Shown: positions 18,949 through 31,068, numbered from the stretch's first letter. The stretch: 64,000 nucleotides of DNA from Alphaproteobacteria bacterium (GCA_019235415.1 JAFAKN010000131.1:15219-79218), one strand, 5' to 3'. A program made the numbers and translations. The notes: generated by a model from the letters alone, not told the origin.

Positions 18949-21384
18949 CTATCGTCGCGGCGGCGCGAGGGTGATGATGCCGGACGCCGTGTGCTCGACC
19001 TCGGCGCGGGTGCCGGTGATCTCGATGTACTTCAGGGCCCGCCAGCCTTCGATGAAGTTGTGCGCCCAGGGCGACAGCATGTTGCCCGACTGGCCGAGCG
19101 GCGTAGCGAAGCGGCTGTTGTCGAGATCGCTGAAGTCGTAGACCGCACGGTAGCCGGCGCCGTGCACGGCATCGAAGGGCCGCGGTCCACGGTACGAGGG
19201 CTGCGCGCGGTTCAGCGTCTGCGCCCCGCCGTCCGACACGAAGCGCACCGAAGCGAGGTCGCGCAGCAGCGGGACGGCGTCGAACAGGGGATGGCGATGG
19301 ACGGCGACGTGGTCGACGCCCCATTGCCATTTCTCCATGTCGGGGCCCTGGCTGCGCGAGATCCAGTCGAGCGCATGTTCGAGCGCCAGCGCGATCTGGT
19401 CTTCGCACGTCTCGATCTTGGTCGTGCCGCCGTCGTCGCACCAGCCGGGCTGTTCCTTGATGATCCTCATCAGGAGCGGCACGTTGGGGGTGGCCATCGC
19501 GTCGAACAGATCCTCGCCCAGCTCGTCCGCCAGGATGCCGCGCTGCAGCTCCCACAGCCACGCGGTGTAGATCAGCGGCTCGGGCCGGGTGGCGAGCATG
19601 AAGCGGTTCCACCGGCTCATCAGCGCGTGCACGCGCGCGGCCCGCGGATTGCGCGGCGCGCCCTTCAGCAGGATGGGCAGCATGTCGTCGGCGTCGAGCG
19701 TCAGGTTGTCGGCCTGCATGACGATCATGCCGTAGACCGGATGGCGCTCGACCTCGCGCAACAGCTGGTTGGCGCGCCGCTGGCGGTAGGGCTCGCCCCA
19801 GTCACGGCTGATGAAGTGGCGATAGTCGTCCGGCACCAGGCGGGCGTTGGCGTTGACGATGATGCCGCTGGGCGGGTTGTAGACCTTGGGCAGCTCGTCG
19901 AACGGCACGAAGCCCGCCCAGTCGTACTCCGACGTCCAGCCGGGCACCGGCATCGAGCCGTCGCCCTTGCGTCGGATCGGCACGCGCGCCGGGGCGATCA
20001 GGCCGACGTTTCCTTCCGTGTCGGCGTAGACCATGTTCTGCATGGGCGAGACGATCTTGCGCGCCGCGTTCAGGAAATCGTCCCAGTTCTGCGCCAGCCC
20101 GATGCGGGCGAAGCCCTCGGCCGACGTGTCATTGCCGTCAAGCGCCGTCGCCTGCAATGCGAGCACATGGCCTTGCGGCACGAGGTTGTTGGTGCTGCGG
20201 ATGAAGTCGTCGATCACCGGGCCATGCCGCGTCTCGCGCACGTGCATCGTTACCGGCTCGCCCCACGCGACATTGATGGTCTCATCGCGCGCACCGAACG
20301 GCCGTGGCCCGTCCGGCGTGATGTAGCGGTTGGGATCGGTCGGATCGACGCGCTCGACGAAGAGATCCTGGCTGTCGAGGTTGGTGGTGGTGAAGCCCCA
20401 GCCGATCGTTCCGTTGTGGCCCAGCACGACGGCGGGCGAGCCGGGCGAGGTGGCGCCGCGGATGTCGAAGCCCGGGCCGACCAGCCGCGCGAGGTACCAG
20501 ACGCCGGGGAAGCTGAGGCCGAGATGCGGATCGTTGGCGAGCAGCGGCTTGCCCGACACCGAATGCGCGCCCGACACCACCCATTCGTTGGACGCCTGCC
20601 GCTTGCGCGTCGCGATGTTGTCGGTCTCGTCGTACAGCCGGTCGAGGTCGATATCCTTCAGGACCTCGCTGACCAGCGACAGCGTCGCGTCGCGGTTCTC
20701 GCCCGGCGGGCCGATCAGGAATTTCACTCCGTCCTCGCCGATCTTGCGCGCCAGCCGCAGCCGCAGGAGCTCGGCGCGCCAGTTGCCGTCGAGACCGAGC
20801 GCCATCAGCTTGGCCCAGACCAGCGAATCGGCGGGGCGCCAGGGCTCGGGTCGGTAGCGCCCGCCCGACAAGAGCTTGGTCAGCGTGAGCTCCAGTCCGA
20901 ACTGCTGATCGTCACGCCCGATCCAGGCGTTTACGCCGCCGGCGTAAGCCTCGATGGCGGCGCGCGTGGCGGGCGACAAGGCGTTCACGCTGTCGCCCGC
21001 GCGGCGGTAGAGGCCGAGCCCGCGCATGGTGCGATCGGTCTCGATCAGCCCGGCGCCGACCAGGCGCGGCGGGACGAGCTCGGACAATCGACCCTGGCCC
21101 AGCCGTCGCATCAGCTCCATCTGCCAGAAGCGGTCCTGGGCGTGCACGTAGCCCAGGCCGAAGGCGGCATCCTCGATCGAGCCGGCGATGATGTGCGGCA
21201 CCGCGTTGCGGTCGCGCACGATCTCGACCGGCGCCTTCAGGCCGGACGCTTCGAGATGGCCGCTGTAGGCCGGCAACGCGCCGCGCACCTGGAAATACAC
21301 GCCGGCCAGGAACACCAGCAGGGCGAGGGCGGCGCTGCCCAGGACTTTGGCCAGGCCAGCCCCCAGGCGGGTCAGCCGCCGCAT
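18949..21384 (-). CDS. Penicillin acylase family (Ntn-hydrolase) protein
   Basis: RDRNAVPHI, AQDRFWQME, SNEWVVSG (nucleophile Ser), LANDPHL, PLGQSG. Confidence 0.93.
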   Translation of the reverse strand: MRRLTRLGAGLAKVLGSAALALLVFLAGVYFQVRGALPAYSGHLEASGLKAPVEIVRDRNAVPHIIAGSIEDAAFGLGYVHAQDRFWQMELMRRLGQGRLSELVPPRLVGAGLIETDRTMRGLGLYRRAGDSVNALSPATRAAIEAYAGGVNAWIGRDDQQFGLELTLTKLLSGGRYRPEPWRPADSLVWAKLMALGLDGNWRAELLRLRLARKIGEDGVKFLIGPPGENRDATLSLVSEVLKDIDLDRLYDETDNIATRKRQASNEWVVSGAHSVSGKPLLANDPHLGLSFPGVWYLARLVGPGFDIRGATSPGSPAVVLGHNGTIGWGFTTTNLDSQDLFVERVDPTDPNRYITPDGPRPFGARDETINVAWGEPVTMHVRETRHGPVIDDFIRSTNNLVPQGHVLALQATALDGNDTSAEGFARIGLAQNWDDFLNAARKIVSPMQNMVYADTEGNVGLIAPARVPIRRKGDGSMPVPGWTSEYDWAGFVPFDELPKVYNPPSGIIVNANARLVPDDYRHFISRDWGEPYRQRRANQLLREVERHPVYGMIVMQADNLTLDADDMLPILLKGAPRNPRAARVHALMSRWNRFMLATRPEPLIYTAWLWELQRGILADELGEDLFDAMATPNVPLLMRIIKEQPGWCDDGGTTKIETCEDQIALALEHALDWISRSQGPDMEKWQWGVDHVAVHRHPLFDAVPLLRDLASVRFVSDGGAQTLNRAQPSYRGPRPFDAVHGAGYRAVYDFSDLDNSRFATPLGQSGNMLSPWAHNFIEGWRALKYIEITGTRAEVEHTASGIITLAPPRR

Positions 21385-21400
21385 GTCAGTGGATCGTCTT

Positions 21401-21480
21401 GCCGGACCGCGGACCTCCAGGTCCGCCTCTTGTTTGGCGAGGCAAAGAGCATGAGCGGGCCTGGAGGTCCGCGGTCCGGC
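21401..21480. repeat. Palindromic repeat family C
   Basis: GCCGGACCGCGGACCTCCAGGTCCGC ... GCGGGCCTGGAGGTCCGCGGTCCGGC; partial relatives near 16470-16510 and 54737-54754. Confidence 0.75.
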
Positions 21481-21494
21481 AAGAGAATCATCGC

Positions 21495-22652
21495 TTACCC
21501 GCCGACGAAGGCGAGGATCGCTTCGCGGTCGCGGTCGAGCTCGGGTGCCGGCGGGCGCGTCTTGGGATCATGGAAGGCCGACATCTTCAGCGGATTGCCG
21601 GCGAGCTTCAGCGTGCCGCCGTTGCCGTCGGGCACCTCGATCAGCATGTTGCGCGCCGCGACCTGCGGATGCTCGAGCGCCTGCTTGACATTGTTGATCG
21701 GCCCGGCCGGGATGCCCGCCTTGGCCATCACCGCGAGCCAGTGGCTGGTCGGGTGGGCCTTCAGCACCGATTCCAGCTCGTGCTCGAGTTTCTTGTGGTG
21801 CTTCAGCCTCAGCGCGTTGGTCTTGTAGTTGGCGTTCGTCGCGAGGTCGGCTCGGCCGAGCGCTTCGCAGGTCTTGACGAACAGCCCGTCATTGCCGGCG
21901 GCGATGATGATGGCGCCGTCGGAAGTGGCGAACGCCTGGAACGGCGTGATCGTGGGATGTCGCGCGCCGAGCGGGCCGGGTACCTCGCCCTCGACCGTGT
22001 AGCGCATGATGGCGTTTTCCAGGAGCGCCAGCTGGCAGTCGAACATGGCGATGTCGACCTTGGTCGCCTCGCCGGTCTTCAGCCGATGCACGAGCGCGGC
22101 GTTGACGGCGACGGCAGTGAACAGGCCGGCGCCCACGTCGCCGATCGACATGCCGACGCGCGCCGGCGGCTGCCCTTCATTGCCGGTGATGCTCATGATG
22201 CCGCCCATGCCCTGCACGACCATGTCGTAGGCGGGATCCTTGGAGTTCGGGCCGGTGTGGCCGAAGCCCGAGGCCGAGGCGTAGATCAGGCGCGGGTACT
22301 TCTTGTGCAGGGTATCCCAGCCGTAGCCCAGCTTCTCCATGGTGCCGGGGCGGAAGTTCTCGACGACGACGTCGGCCCTATCGAGAAGCTTCTCGAAGAC
22401 GGCGCGGTCGGCGTCGGCCTTGAGGTCGAGTGCGATGCTTTCCTTGCCGCGATTGACCGAGGCGAAATAGGTCGACTTGCCGTTCACGAACGGCCCGTAG
22501 GCGCGTGCATCGTCGCCGCCCTTGGGCGGCTCGACCTTGATCACCCGCGCGCCCATCTCGGCCATCAGCATGGTGCAGTAGGGGCCGGCCAGGATGCGCG
22601 ACAGATCGACGACGACGATGCCCGAAAGCGGGCCTTTGGCGGACTGGGTCAT
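21495..22652 (-). CDS. CaiB/BaiF family III CoA transferase
   Basis: DLSRILAGPY, VIKVEP, NRGKESI, ENFRPG, GMSIGDVGAG. Confidence 0.93.
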   Translation of the reverse strand: MTQSAKGPLSGIVVVDLSRILAGPYCTMLMAEMGARVIKVEPPKGGDDARAYGPFVNGKSTYFASVNRGKESIALDLKADADRAVFEKLLDRADVVVENFRPGTMEKLGYGWDTLHKKYPRLIYASASGFGHTGPNSKDPAYDMVVQGMGGIMSITGNEGQPPARVGMSIGDVGAGLFTAVAVNAALVHRLKTGEATKVDIAMFDCQLALLENAIMRYTVEGEVPGPLGARHPTITPFQAFATSDGAIIIAAGNDGLFVKTCEALGRADLATNANYKTNALRLKHHKKLEHELESVLKAHPTSHWLAVMAKAGIPAGPINNVKQALEHPQVAARNMLIEVPDGNGGTLKLAGNPLKMSAFHDPKTRPPAPELDRDREAILAFVGG

Positions 22653-22796
22653 GGTCGGTTCTTAGCCAGTGGCCGGTCGCGAATCCAGCCACACGTTTTG
22701 CCGCGGCGGCGCGTATTGCAAGATGACGGCACTTGGCTCGCCTTGAAGGGAGCGCTCACCACGTTCATATTGCTTTATGGCTTTATGGGGACATTG

Positions 22797-23054
22797 ATGA
22801 AGACGACGGTCGAGCTGCCCGACGATCTGTACCGCCGCGCCAAGGCGCAAGCGGCGCTGCGCGGCCGCAAGTTCAGGGAGCTGGTGGAGGAGGGGTTGAG
22901 AATGGTCCTCGAAGCCCCCCATCGCAACGCTCGAACGACAAAAGCCGACCGGTTGGTGAAGCGCGTGGCTGGAATCGTCGATTCAGGCGTACCGGACCTT
23001 GCTTCCAATCCCAAGCATCTTGCCGGATTTGGACGAGATGGGCGCAATCGTTGA
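22797..23054 (+). CDS. Putative VapB-like antitoxin (ribbon-helix-helix)
   Basis: MKTTVELPDDLYRRAKAQAA..; overlaps PIN gene; direct repeat CTTTATGG x2 upstream. Confidence 0.78.
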   Translation: MKTTVELPDDLYRRAKAQAALRGRKFRELVEEGLRMVLEAPHRNARTTKADRLVKRVAGIVDSGVPDLASNPKHLAGFGRDGRNR

Positions 23055-23454
23055 TACCGGGCCGATTGTCGCCCTTTTGGACCGTTCCGATCGGCATCAT
23101 GACTGGGCCAAGGACCGCTTCGTCGAGCTCCGCAAGCCGCTTTTCGTCTGCGAGGCCGTGCTGGCCGAGGCAATGTTTTTGCTTCGAAACCAACCGGTGG
23201 GGCAGGATGCCTTGTTCGAGCTCACGCAAGGAGATGTACTCGATATCGCGTTTCAAATTCGCGAGCACATTGCTCTAATCCGCAACTTGCTAAGGAAGTA
23301 TCGCGACGTGCCAATGTCGTTGGCCGATGCCTGTATCGTTCGCATGGCAGAGATTAACGAAGGCTCCCCCGTGCTGACTTTCGATTCGGACTTTCTGATC
23401 TATAGAAAGCAGGGCCGAACGCCGCTCGCCGTCATCCACCCGACGATAGCCTAG
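23038..23454 (+). CDS. PIN-domain toxin (VapC-like)
   Basis: IVDTGPIVAL, VLAEA, SLADAC, LTFDSDF acidic PIN residues. Confidence 0.85.
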   Translation: MGAIVDTGPIVALLDRSDRHHDWAKDRFVELRKPLFVCEAVLAEAMFLLRNQPVGQDALFELTQGDVLDIAFQIREHIALIRNLLRKYRDVPMSLADACIVRMAEINEGSPVLTFDSDFLIYRKQGRTPLAVIHPTIA

Positions 23455-24320
23455 CGTCCGCTGCGCGAATCGAGCCACACGTTTGCCGCGGCTGCGCCGA
23501 TCACGACGAGGCCGCCCGCGAGCGTGAGATCGGCCGGTTTTTCGCCGTCGAATAGCCATACCCAGAGCGGGCCCAGCACCAGCTCGAGCAAGCCAAGCAG
23601 GGCGGCGCGGCCGGCGGGGATGCGCTTGAGGCTCGTCACGTAAAGCAGGAGACCACCGGCGAGCTGGCCCGGACTCAGCGCCAGCAGCCACGGGAGTTGC
23701 GACCAGGTCACGGATTGCGGATGCGCGAACGGCAGCGCGACGAGGCCCGAGACGAGTCCAGCAAGCCAGATCGCCGGCGCCATGCCGACATCACGACGAT
23801 GACGCACGACGACGTAGTTTCCGCTCATGCAGAGCACGACGATGCCGGAGACGGCCATGCCGACCAGCGCATCGGCCTGCAACGACCCCGCGACGCTGAG
23901 CGCCAGTCCGAGAGCGGCGGCCGCCATGGCGAGAAGCGTATGACGATGCAATGGCTCACCGAGCAACAAGCGCGCGAGCAGGGCGGTGGTGAAGGGCGTG
24001 GCGCCGAACATCAGCAAGACGTTGGCGACCGGCGCCAGACCGAGCGCCAGAATGAAAGCGACGAACGCGCCGGCGAGCAGAATGGCACTTGCGAACAACG
24101 CTCTGCCGGCGTTGCGCACGTCGATCAGCAAGGTCCGACGCTGCCACAACAGCAACGGCAGCAGCGAAAGCGTCAGCAGCGCCGAGCGCCAGAAGGAGAT
24201 GTCCCATGCCGGCAGATCGATGCGGCGGACGATCACGCCTGCCGTGCTGAAGACCGTGGCGGCGCCCGCCGCACAGGCGACGCCCAGAGCGGAACTTTGC
24301 AAACGAGAGGGCGTTTTCAT
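23451..24320 (-). CDS. DMT/EamA family transporter
   Basis: About 10 TM segments; LLGEP, LLELVLGPLWVWLFDGE. Confidence 0.88.
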   Translation of the reverse strand: MKTPSRLQSSALGVACAAGAATVFSTAGVIVRRIDLPAWDISFWRSALLTLSLLPLLLWQRRTLLIDVRNAGRALFASAILLAGAFVAFILALGLAPVANVLLMFGATPFTTALLARLLLGEPLHRHTLLAMAAAALGLALSVAGSLQADALVGMAVSGIVVLCMSGNYVVVRHRRDVGMAPAIWLAGLVSGLVALPFAHPQSVTWSQLPWLLALSPGQLAGGLLLYVTSLKRIPAGRAALLGLLELVLGPLWVWLFDGEKPADLTLAGGLVVIGAAAANVWLDSRSGR

Positions 24321-24351
24321 GCGCGAGAGACGAAGTGAATACGGACTAGAC

Positions 24352-25353
24352 GTGCCCCCGTCCATCGATTCGATCACGCTCGATCTGCCGCCCTTTCGTG
24401 CACGCTTTCCCTGGTGGAACGCCGATCTGCAGACTGTTGCGGTATTGCTCGGCACGTGCGAGCCAGACCTTGCCCCCCATACCAGCGAACGCATCTGTTT
24501 CTGCATGGCAGATTCGAGCGGTGACATTCTTGTGGGCATGCTCGATCGGCCGGCCGAGCCGCAGGCCGGGCGCCCCCTCGTCATCCTGATCCACGGCCTG
24601 ACCGGCTGCGAGAACAGCTCGCACATCCTGAACGCCTCACGCCATCTGCTGGGGCGCGGCTATTGCGTGCTGCGACTCAACCTGCGCGGCTGCGGTGCAT
24701 CGCGCCCGCACTGCCGCGAGCACTATCACATCGGCCGCACCGCCGATTTCCGCCGCGTGCTGTGGCAACTGCCCGAGCAGGTCACCGACAACGGGATCGT
24801 CGTCGTGGGCTACTCGATGGGCGGCGCGATGCTTTTGAAATATCTCGGCGAGGAGGGCTCGTTCTCGCCACTGCGCGCGGCGGCGACGATCTGCGCGCCG
24901 ATCGACCTCAAGCGCACCGGACTGCACATGATGCGGCCGCGCAACTGGCTTTACCACGCCTACGTATTGGCCGGACTGAAGAAAGAGACGCTGGCCGAGG
25001 GCGGCGAGTTGTCGGCTGCAGAGCGCGAGATCGTACGCAACGCCAAGAGCATCTTCGAGTACGACGAACGGTTCCTCGCGCCGCGCTACGGCTTCCGCGG
25101 CGCGGAGGACTACTATGAGCTGTGCAATCCCTTGCACTACATGCCGGAGATCCGCGTGCCGACCATGGTGCTGGCGGCGGGCGATGATCCCTGGATCCCG
25201 GCCGAGTACTACCGCGACTTCGACTGGTCGTCGAACCGCTGGCTGGTGCCGCTGATCACCGAAGGCGGCGGTCACCTGGGCTTCCATTCGGCCGCGAGCG
25301 AGCAGCCGTGGTGTGACCTCGCGCTGGAGAAGTTTTTGGAGCGCGTCTGCTGA
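24352..25353 (+). CDS. YheT-like alpha/beta hydrolase (paralog 1; start uncertain)
   Basis: LIHGLTG, NLRGCG, GYSMGG nucleophile elbow, DDPWIP, GGHLGF. Confidence 0.88.
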   Translation: MPPSIDSITLDLPPFRARFPWWNADLQTVAVLLGTCEPDLAPHTSERICFCMADSSGDILVGMLDRPAEPQAGRPLVILIHGLTGCENSSHILNASRHLLGRGYCVLRLNLRGCGASRPHCREHYHIGRTADFRRVLWQLPEQVTDNGIVVVGYSMGGAMLLKYLGEEGSFSPLRAAATICAPIDLKRTGLHMMRPRNWLYHAYVLAGLKKETLAEGGELSAAEREIVRNAKSIFEYDERFLAPRYGFRGAEDYYELCNPLHYMPEIRVPTMVLAAGDDPWIPAEYYRDFDWSSNRWLVPLITEGGGHLGFHSAASEQPWCDLALEKFLERVC

Positions 25354-25381
25354 GGTGCCGGATGCTGTCGAGCGCCACCGG

Positions 25382-25448
25382 TGTCATCCCGAGCGCAGCG
25401 AGGGACCTTTGGACGATAGGCAAGGTCCCCCGCATTCGCTCGGGATGA
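25382..25448. repeat. REP-like family A copy between the hydrolase paralogs
   Basis: TGTCATCCCGAGCGCAGCGAGGGACC...GGTCCCCCGCATTCGCTCGGGATGA. Confidence 0.85.
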
Positions 25449-26491
25449 AAAACGGGGTCGCTTCTCCGGGCCTCGAGCCGATTGCTGCTGCGCGACTCTC
25501 GGGTAGCATCGACGTTGTGGACCTCGATTTGCCCCCGTTTCGGCCGCGCTTTCCCTGGTGGGGTGCCGATCTGCAGACTCTGGCCAACCGGCTGCGTTCG
25601 ATGCCGCGGTCGGTGGCACCCCACACGAGCGAGCGTGTGAAATTCCCGTTGCCCGACGGCAGCGGCGACATGCTTCTCGCCAGTCTCGACCAACCGGTGA
25701 CGTCGAAGGCGGGACGGCCGCTCGTCATCCTGGTCCATGGCCTCACCGGCGGCGAGGACAGCCTCTACATCCTCAGCATGGCGCACCTGATGCTGTCGCG
25801 CGGCAGCCGGGTGCTGCGTCTCAACCTGCGCGGTGCGGGACCGTCGCGGCCGCTCTGCCGCCAGCACTACTACGCCGGGCGCAGCCAGGACTTTCGTGCC
25901 GTGCTGTCGCTCCTGCCGCGCGAGCTCACGCGCGACGGCGTGGTCGCGGTCGGCTATTCGCTCGGCGGCGCAATGCTCCTGAAGTATCTGGGCGAGGAGG
26001 GTGACGCCACGCCGCTCGACGCGGCTGCGACGGTGTGCGCGCCGATCGATCTGGCAGCCGCCTGCCGTCACATGATGCGGCGGCGCAATCACCTCTACCA
26101 TCGCTATATTCTCGGCGAGATGAAGGTCGAGGCGACGGGCGAGGGGGCCGAGCTCGCGCCGGCCCACCGCGCGGCGATCGTGCAGGCGCGCTCGATCTGG
26201 GAATACGACGATCGCTTCATCGCCCCGCGCTATGGGTTTGCCGGCGCCGAGGACTACTACGAGCGCTGCCGGCCGACACGCTTCATGGGCGGGATAAGGA
26301 TCCCTACCCTGGTGATGGCGGCGCTGGACGATCCGTGGATTCCCGGCGCGCTCTACCGGGACTATGATTGGTCGAACCGGTCGCTCACGCCGCTGTTGCC
26401 AGCGCAGGGAGGCCACGTCGGCTTCCACGCACGCGGCAACCGCCAGCCGTGGAGCGATCTCGCCGTCGCGAGGTTCTTCGACCATGGCTGA
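25445..26491 (+). CDS. YheT-like alpha/beta hydrolase (paralog 2; start could be GTG 25517)
   Basis: LVHGLTG, NLRGAG, GYSLGG, DDPWIP, GGHVGF. Confidence 0.86.
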   Translation: MKNGVASPGLEPIAAARLSGSIDVVDLDLPPFRPRFPWWGADLQTLANRLRSMPRSVAPHTSERVKFPLPDGSGDMLLASLDQPVTSKAGRPLVILVHGLTGGEDSLYILSMAHLMLSRGSRVLRLNLRGAGPSRPLCRQHYYAGRSQDFRAVLSLLPRELTRDGVVAVGYSLGGAMLLKYLGEEGDATPLDAAATVCAPIDLAAACRHMMRRRNHLYHRYILGEMKVEATGEGAELAPAHRAAIVQARSIWEYDDRFIAPRYGFAGAEDYYERCRPTRFMGGIRIPTLVMAALDDPWIPGALYRDYDWSNRSLTPLLPAQGGHVGFHARGNRQPWSDLAVARFFDHG

Positions 26492-26618
26492 CACCCAACC
26501 CATCGCCCTGATCGTCGGAGTCGCCTGCTCCCTGGTCGCGCTGGTGCTGGCATGGCGCGCCTATCGCGGCGCGTCCGAGGAGCACGAGCGCCGCAAGCGG
26601 GAGAGGGAGAAGCGCTGA
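26484..26618 (+). CDS. Small single-TM membrane protein (44 aa)
   Basis: MADTQPIALIVGVACSLVALVLAWRAYRG + charged tail; start overlaps upstream stop. Confidence 0.55.
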   Translation: MADTQPIALIVGVACSLVALVLAWRAYRGASEEHERRKREREKR

Positions 26619-26622
26619 CCTC

Positions 26623-26691
26623 TGTCACCCCGAGCGAAGCGAGGGGCCTTTAGGGCTACAGCAAAGGTCCCTCGCTGCGCTCGGGATGACA
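26623..26691. repeat. REP-like family A copy between convergent genes
   Basis: TGTCACCCCGAGCGAAGCGAGGGGCC...GGTCCCTCGCTGCGCTCGGGATGACA. Confidence 0.9.
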
Positions 26692-26703
26692 GTCCTCAGT
26701 CGT

Positions 26704-28653
<1,950 letters not shown>

Positions 28654-28719
28654 GGTGGGAGCATAGGAGCGCCGGCGTTTCGTTGACAGAGGGGGACCCC
28701 CCGATATGATCCGGCGCGC

Positions 28720-29859
28720 ATGGACTTCACCCTTAGCGAGGACCAGCAGGCGTTTCGCGATACGGCGCGGCAGTTCGCGACCGAGCGCATGCTGCCGCAG
28801 GCGGCGCGCTGGGATGCCGAGAAAATCTTCCCGGTCGAGACCCTGCGCGAGGCGGCGGCGTTGGGCTTCGGCGGCATCTACGTGCGCGACGACGTCGGCG
28901 GTAGTGCGCTCGGCCGCCTCGATGCGGCGCTGATCATGGAGGAGCTGGCTACGGCCTGCCCCAGCACGGCGGCCTACATCTCGATCCACAACATGTCGGC
29001 CTGGATGATCGACGCCTTCGGCGACGACGAGCAGCGCCGGCGGTTCCTGCCCAAGCTGTGCTCGATGGAGCACTTCGCGAGCTACTGCCTGACCGAGCCC
29101 GGCGCCGGCTCCGATGCCGCAAGCCACGGCACCCGCGCCGAGCTTTCAGGTGACCACTACGTGGTGAACGGCAACAAGGCCTTCATCTCGGGCGGCGGCA
29201 AGAGCGACGTCTACGTCGTGATGCTGCGCACCGGCGGTCCGGGCGCCGGCGGCATCTCCACTCTGGTGGTGGAGAACGGCACGCCGGGCCTGTCGTTCGG
29301 CAAGCAGGAGCAGAAGCTCGGCTGGAACAGCCAACCGACGGCGGCGGTGATCTTCGAGAACTGCAAGGTGCCGGCGGCCAACCGGCTGGGCCCGGAAGGG
29401 CACGGCTTCAAGATCGCCATGATGGGGCTCGACGGCGGCCGCATCAACATCGGCGCCTGCTCGCTGGGCGGCGCGCGCGCCTGCCTGGAGACGGCATCGC
29501 GCTACGTGGTCGAGCGCAAGCAGTTCGGCCAGCCGATCGCCGAGTTCCAGGCGACGCAGTTCAAGCTCGCCGACATGGCGACTGAGCTCGATGCGGCGCG
29601 GCTGATGATCTGGCGCGCCGCCAGCCTGCTCGACGCCAAGTCGCCGGAAGCGACACAGGCCGCCGCCATGGGCAAGCGCTTCGCCACCGACGTGGGCTTC
29701 AAGGTGGTCAACGAGGCGCTGCAACTGCATGGCGGCTACGGCTACTTGAAGGACTTTCCCATCGAGCGCTATCTGCGCGACCTCAGGGTCCACCAGATCC
29801 TCGAAGGCACCAACGAGATCATGCGGGTGGTGATTTCGCGCCGGCTGCTGATGGGGTGA
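28720..29859 (+). CDS. Acyl-CoA dehydrogenase (isobutyryl-CoA type)
   Basis: [33 protein letters not shown]; neighbours are valine catabolism genes; TTGACA-N16-TATGAT upstream. Confidence 0.92.
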   Translation: MDFTLSEDQQAFRDTARQFATERMLPQAARWDAEKIFPVETLREAAALGFGGIYVRDDVGGSALGRLDAALIMEELATACPSTAAYISIHNMSAWMIDAFGDDEQRRRFLPKLCSMEHFASYCLTEPGAGSDAASHGTRAELSGDHYVVNGNKAFISGGGKSDVYVVMLRTGGPGAGGISTLVVENGTPGLSFGKQEQKLGWNSQPTAAVIFENCKVPAANRLGPEGHGFKIAMMGLDGGRINIGACSLGGARACLETASRYVVERKQFGQPIAEFQATQFKLADMATELDAARLMIWRAASLLDAKSPEATQAAAMGKRFATDVGFKVVNEALQLHGGYGYLKDFPIERYLRDLRVHQILEGTNEIMRVVISRRLLMG

Positions 29860-29874
29860 CTGAGCGTCAAAGGC

Positions 29875-29965
29875 TGTCATCCCGAGCGCAGCGAGGGACC
29901 TTTGAGGCAGCAGGAAAGATCCCTCGCTCGCGCTCGGGATGACAGAAGCTATGCTCGGGATGACA
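29875..29965. repeat. REP-like family A copy with duplicated right arm
   Basis: Full copy 29875-29944 plus GCTCGGGATGACA at 29953-29965. Confidence 0.9.
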
Positions 29966-29979
29966 AAGGTGGAGTTCGG

Positions 29980-31047
29980 ATGTCGGAGCGTGAAATCCTT
30001 TTCGCGGTGAAGGAAGGGCTGGGGCTGATCACGCTCGACCGGCCGAAAGCGCTGAATGCGCTGACGCACGGCATGGTCCTCGAGCTGGAGAAGACCATCC
30101 CCGCCTGGGAGAAGGATCCGGCGGTCAAGGCGGTGGTGCTGCGTGGCGCGGGCGACCGCGCCTTCTGCGCCGGCGGCGACATCCAAGCCCTCTGGCGCGA
30201 GAGCCGGGAGAATCCGTCCGGCACCTTGCGGCGCGACTTCTTCTACGACGAGTACATCGTCAACCGCCGTATCTACCGCTACGCCAAGCCGTGGATCTCG
30301 TTTATCGACGGCATCGACATGGGCGGTGGCGTGGGCCTCTCGGTGCACGGTTCGCACTCGGTCGCCACCGAGCGCTTCCTGTTCGCCATGCCTGAGACGA
30401 CCATCGGCCTGTTTCCCGATGTCGGCGGCGGCTATTTCCTCAGCCGACTGCAGGGGGCGCTCGGTGTCTATCTCGCCCTCACCAGCCATCGCTTGCGTGC
30501 CGCGGACGCGCTGTGGGCGGGCATTGCCGACGCCTACGTGCCGAGTGCGCGGCTCGACGAGCTGCAGGCGGCACTGGGGGCGGCCGATCTCTCGGGGCCC
30601 GATGCCAGGCGCAAGGTCGACGCCGTGATCGGCCGCTTTGCCGAGGATGCCGGGTCACCGTCGCTGCCGGCCCTGATGCCCGAGATCGACCGCTGTTTTT
30701 CCGCCGACACGGTCGGCGAGATCCGCGACAAGTTGAATGGACAGCGGGGGGAGTGGGCCGAGAAGCAGCGTGCGGCGCTGGCAAAGGTTTCGCCGCTGTC
30801 GATGGCGATCACGCTCGAGCAGTTGCGCCGCTGCGCCACCCGCTCGTTCGAGGATTCGATGACCATCGAGTACCGCATGGTGCAGCACGCCATGCGGCCG
30901 GATCACGATTTCTTCGAAGGCGTGCGCGCGCTCTTGATCGACAAGGACCAGAAGCCGAAGTGGCGGCCCGCGACCATAGACGGCGTCACGCGCGACTTGG
31001 TCGAGGCGCATTTCAAGCCGCTCGCCAACGACCTGGTGTTCGACTGA
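29980..31047 (+). CDS. 3-hydroxyisobutyryl-CoA hydrolase-like crotonase
   Basis: RPKALNAL, AFCAGGDI, MGGGVG, AMPETTIGLFPDVG, DFFEGVRALLIDKD. Confidence 0.9.
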   Translation: MSEREILFAVKEGLGLITLDRPKALNALTHGMVLELEKTIPAWEKDPAVKAVVLRGAGDRAFCAGGDIQALWRESRENPSGTLRRDFFYDEYIVNRRIYRYAKPWISFIDGIDMGGGVGLSVHGSHSVATERFLFAMPETTIGLFPDVGGGYFLSRLQGALGVYLALTSHRLRAADALWAGIADAYVPSARLDELQAALGAADLSGPDARRKVDAVIGRFAEDAGSPSLPALMPEIDRCFSADTVGEIRDKLNGQRGEWAEKQRAALAKVSPLSMAITLEQLRRCATRSFEDSMTIEYRMVQHAMRPDHDFFEGVRALLIDKDQKPKWRPATIDGVTRDLVEAHFKPLANDLVFD

Positions 31048-31068
31048 ATTTTGAGCAGGGAGGGGAAC

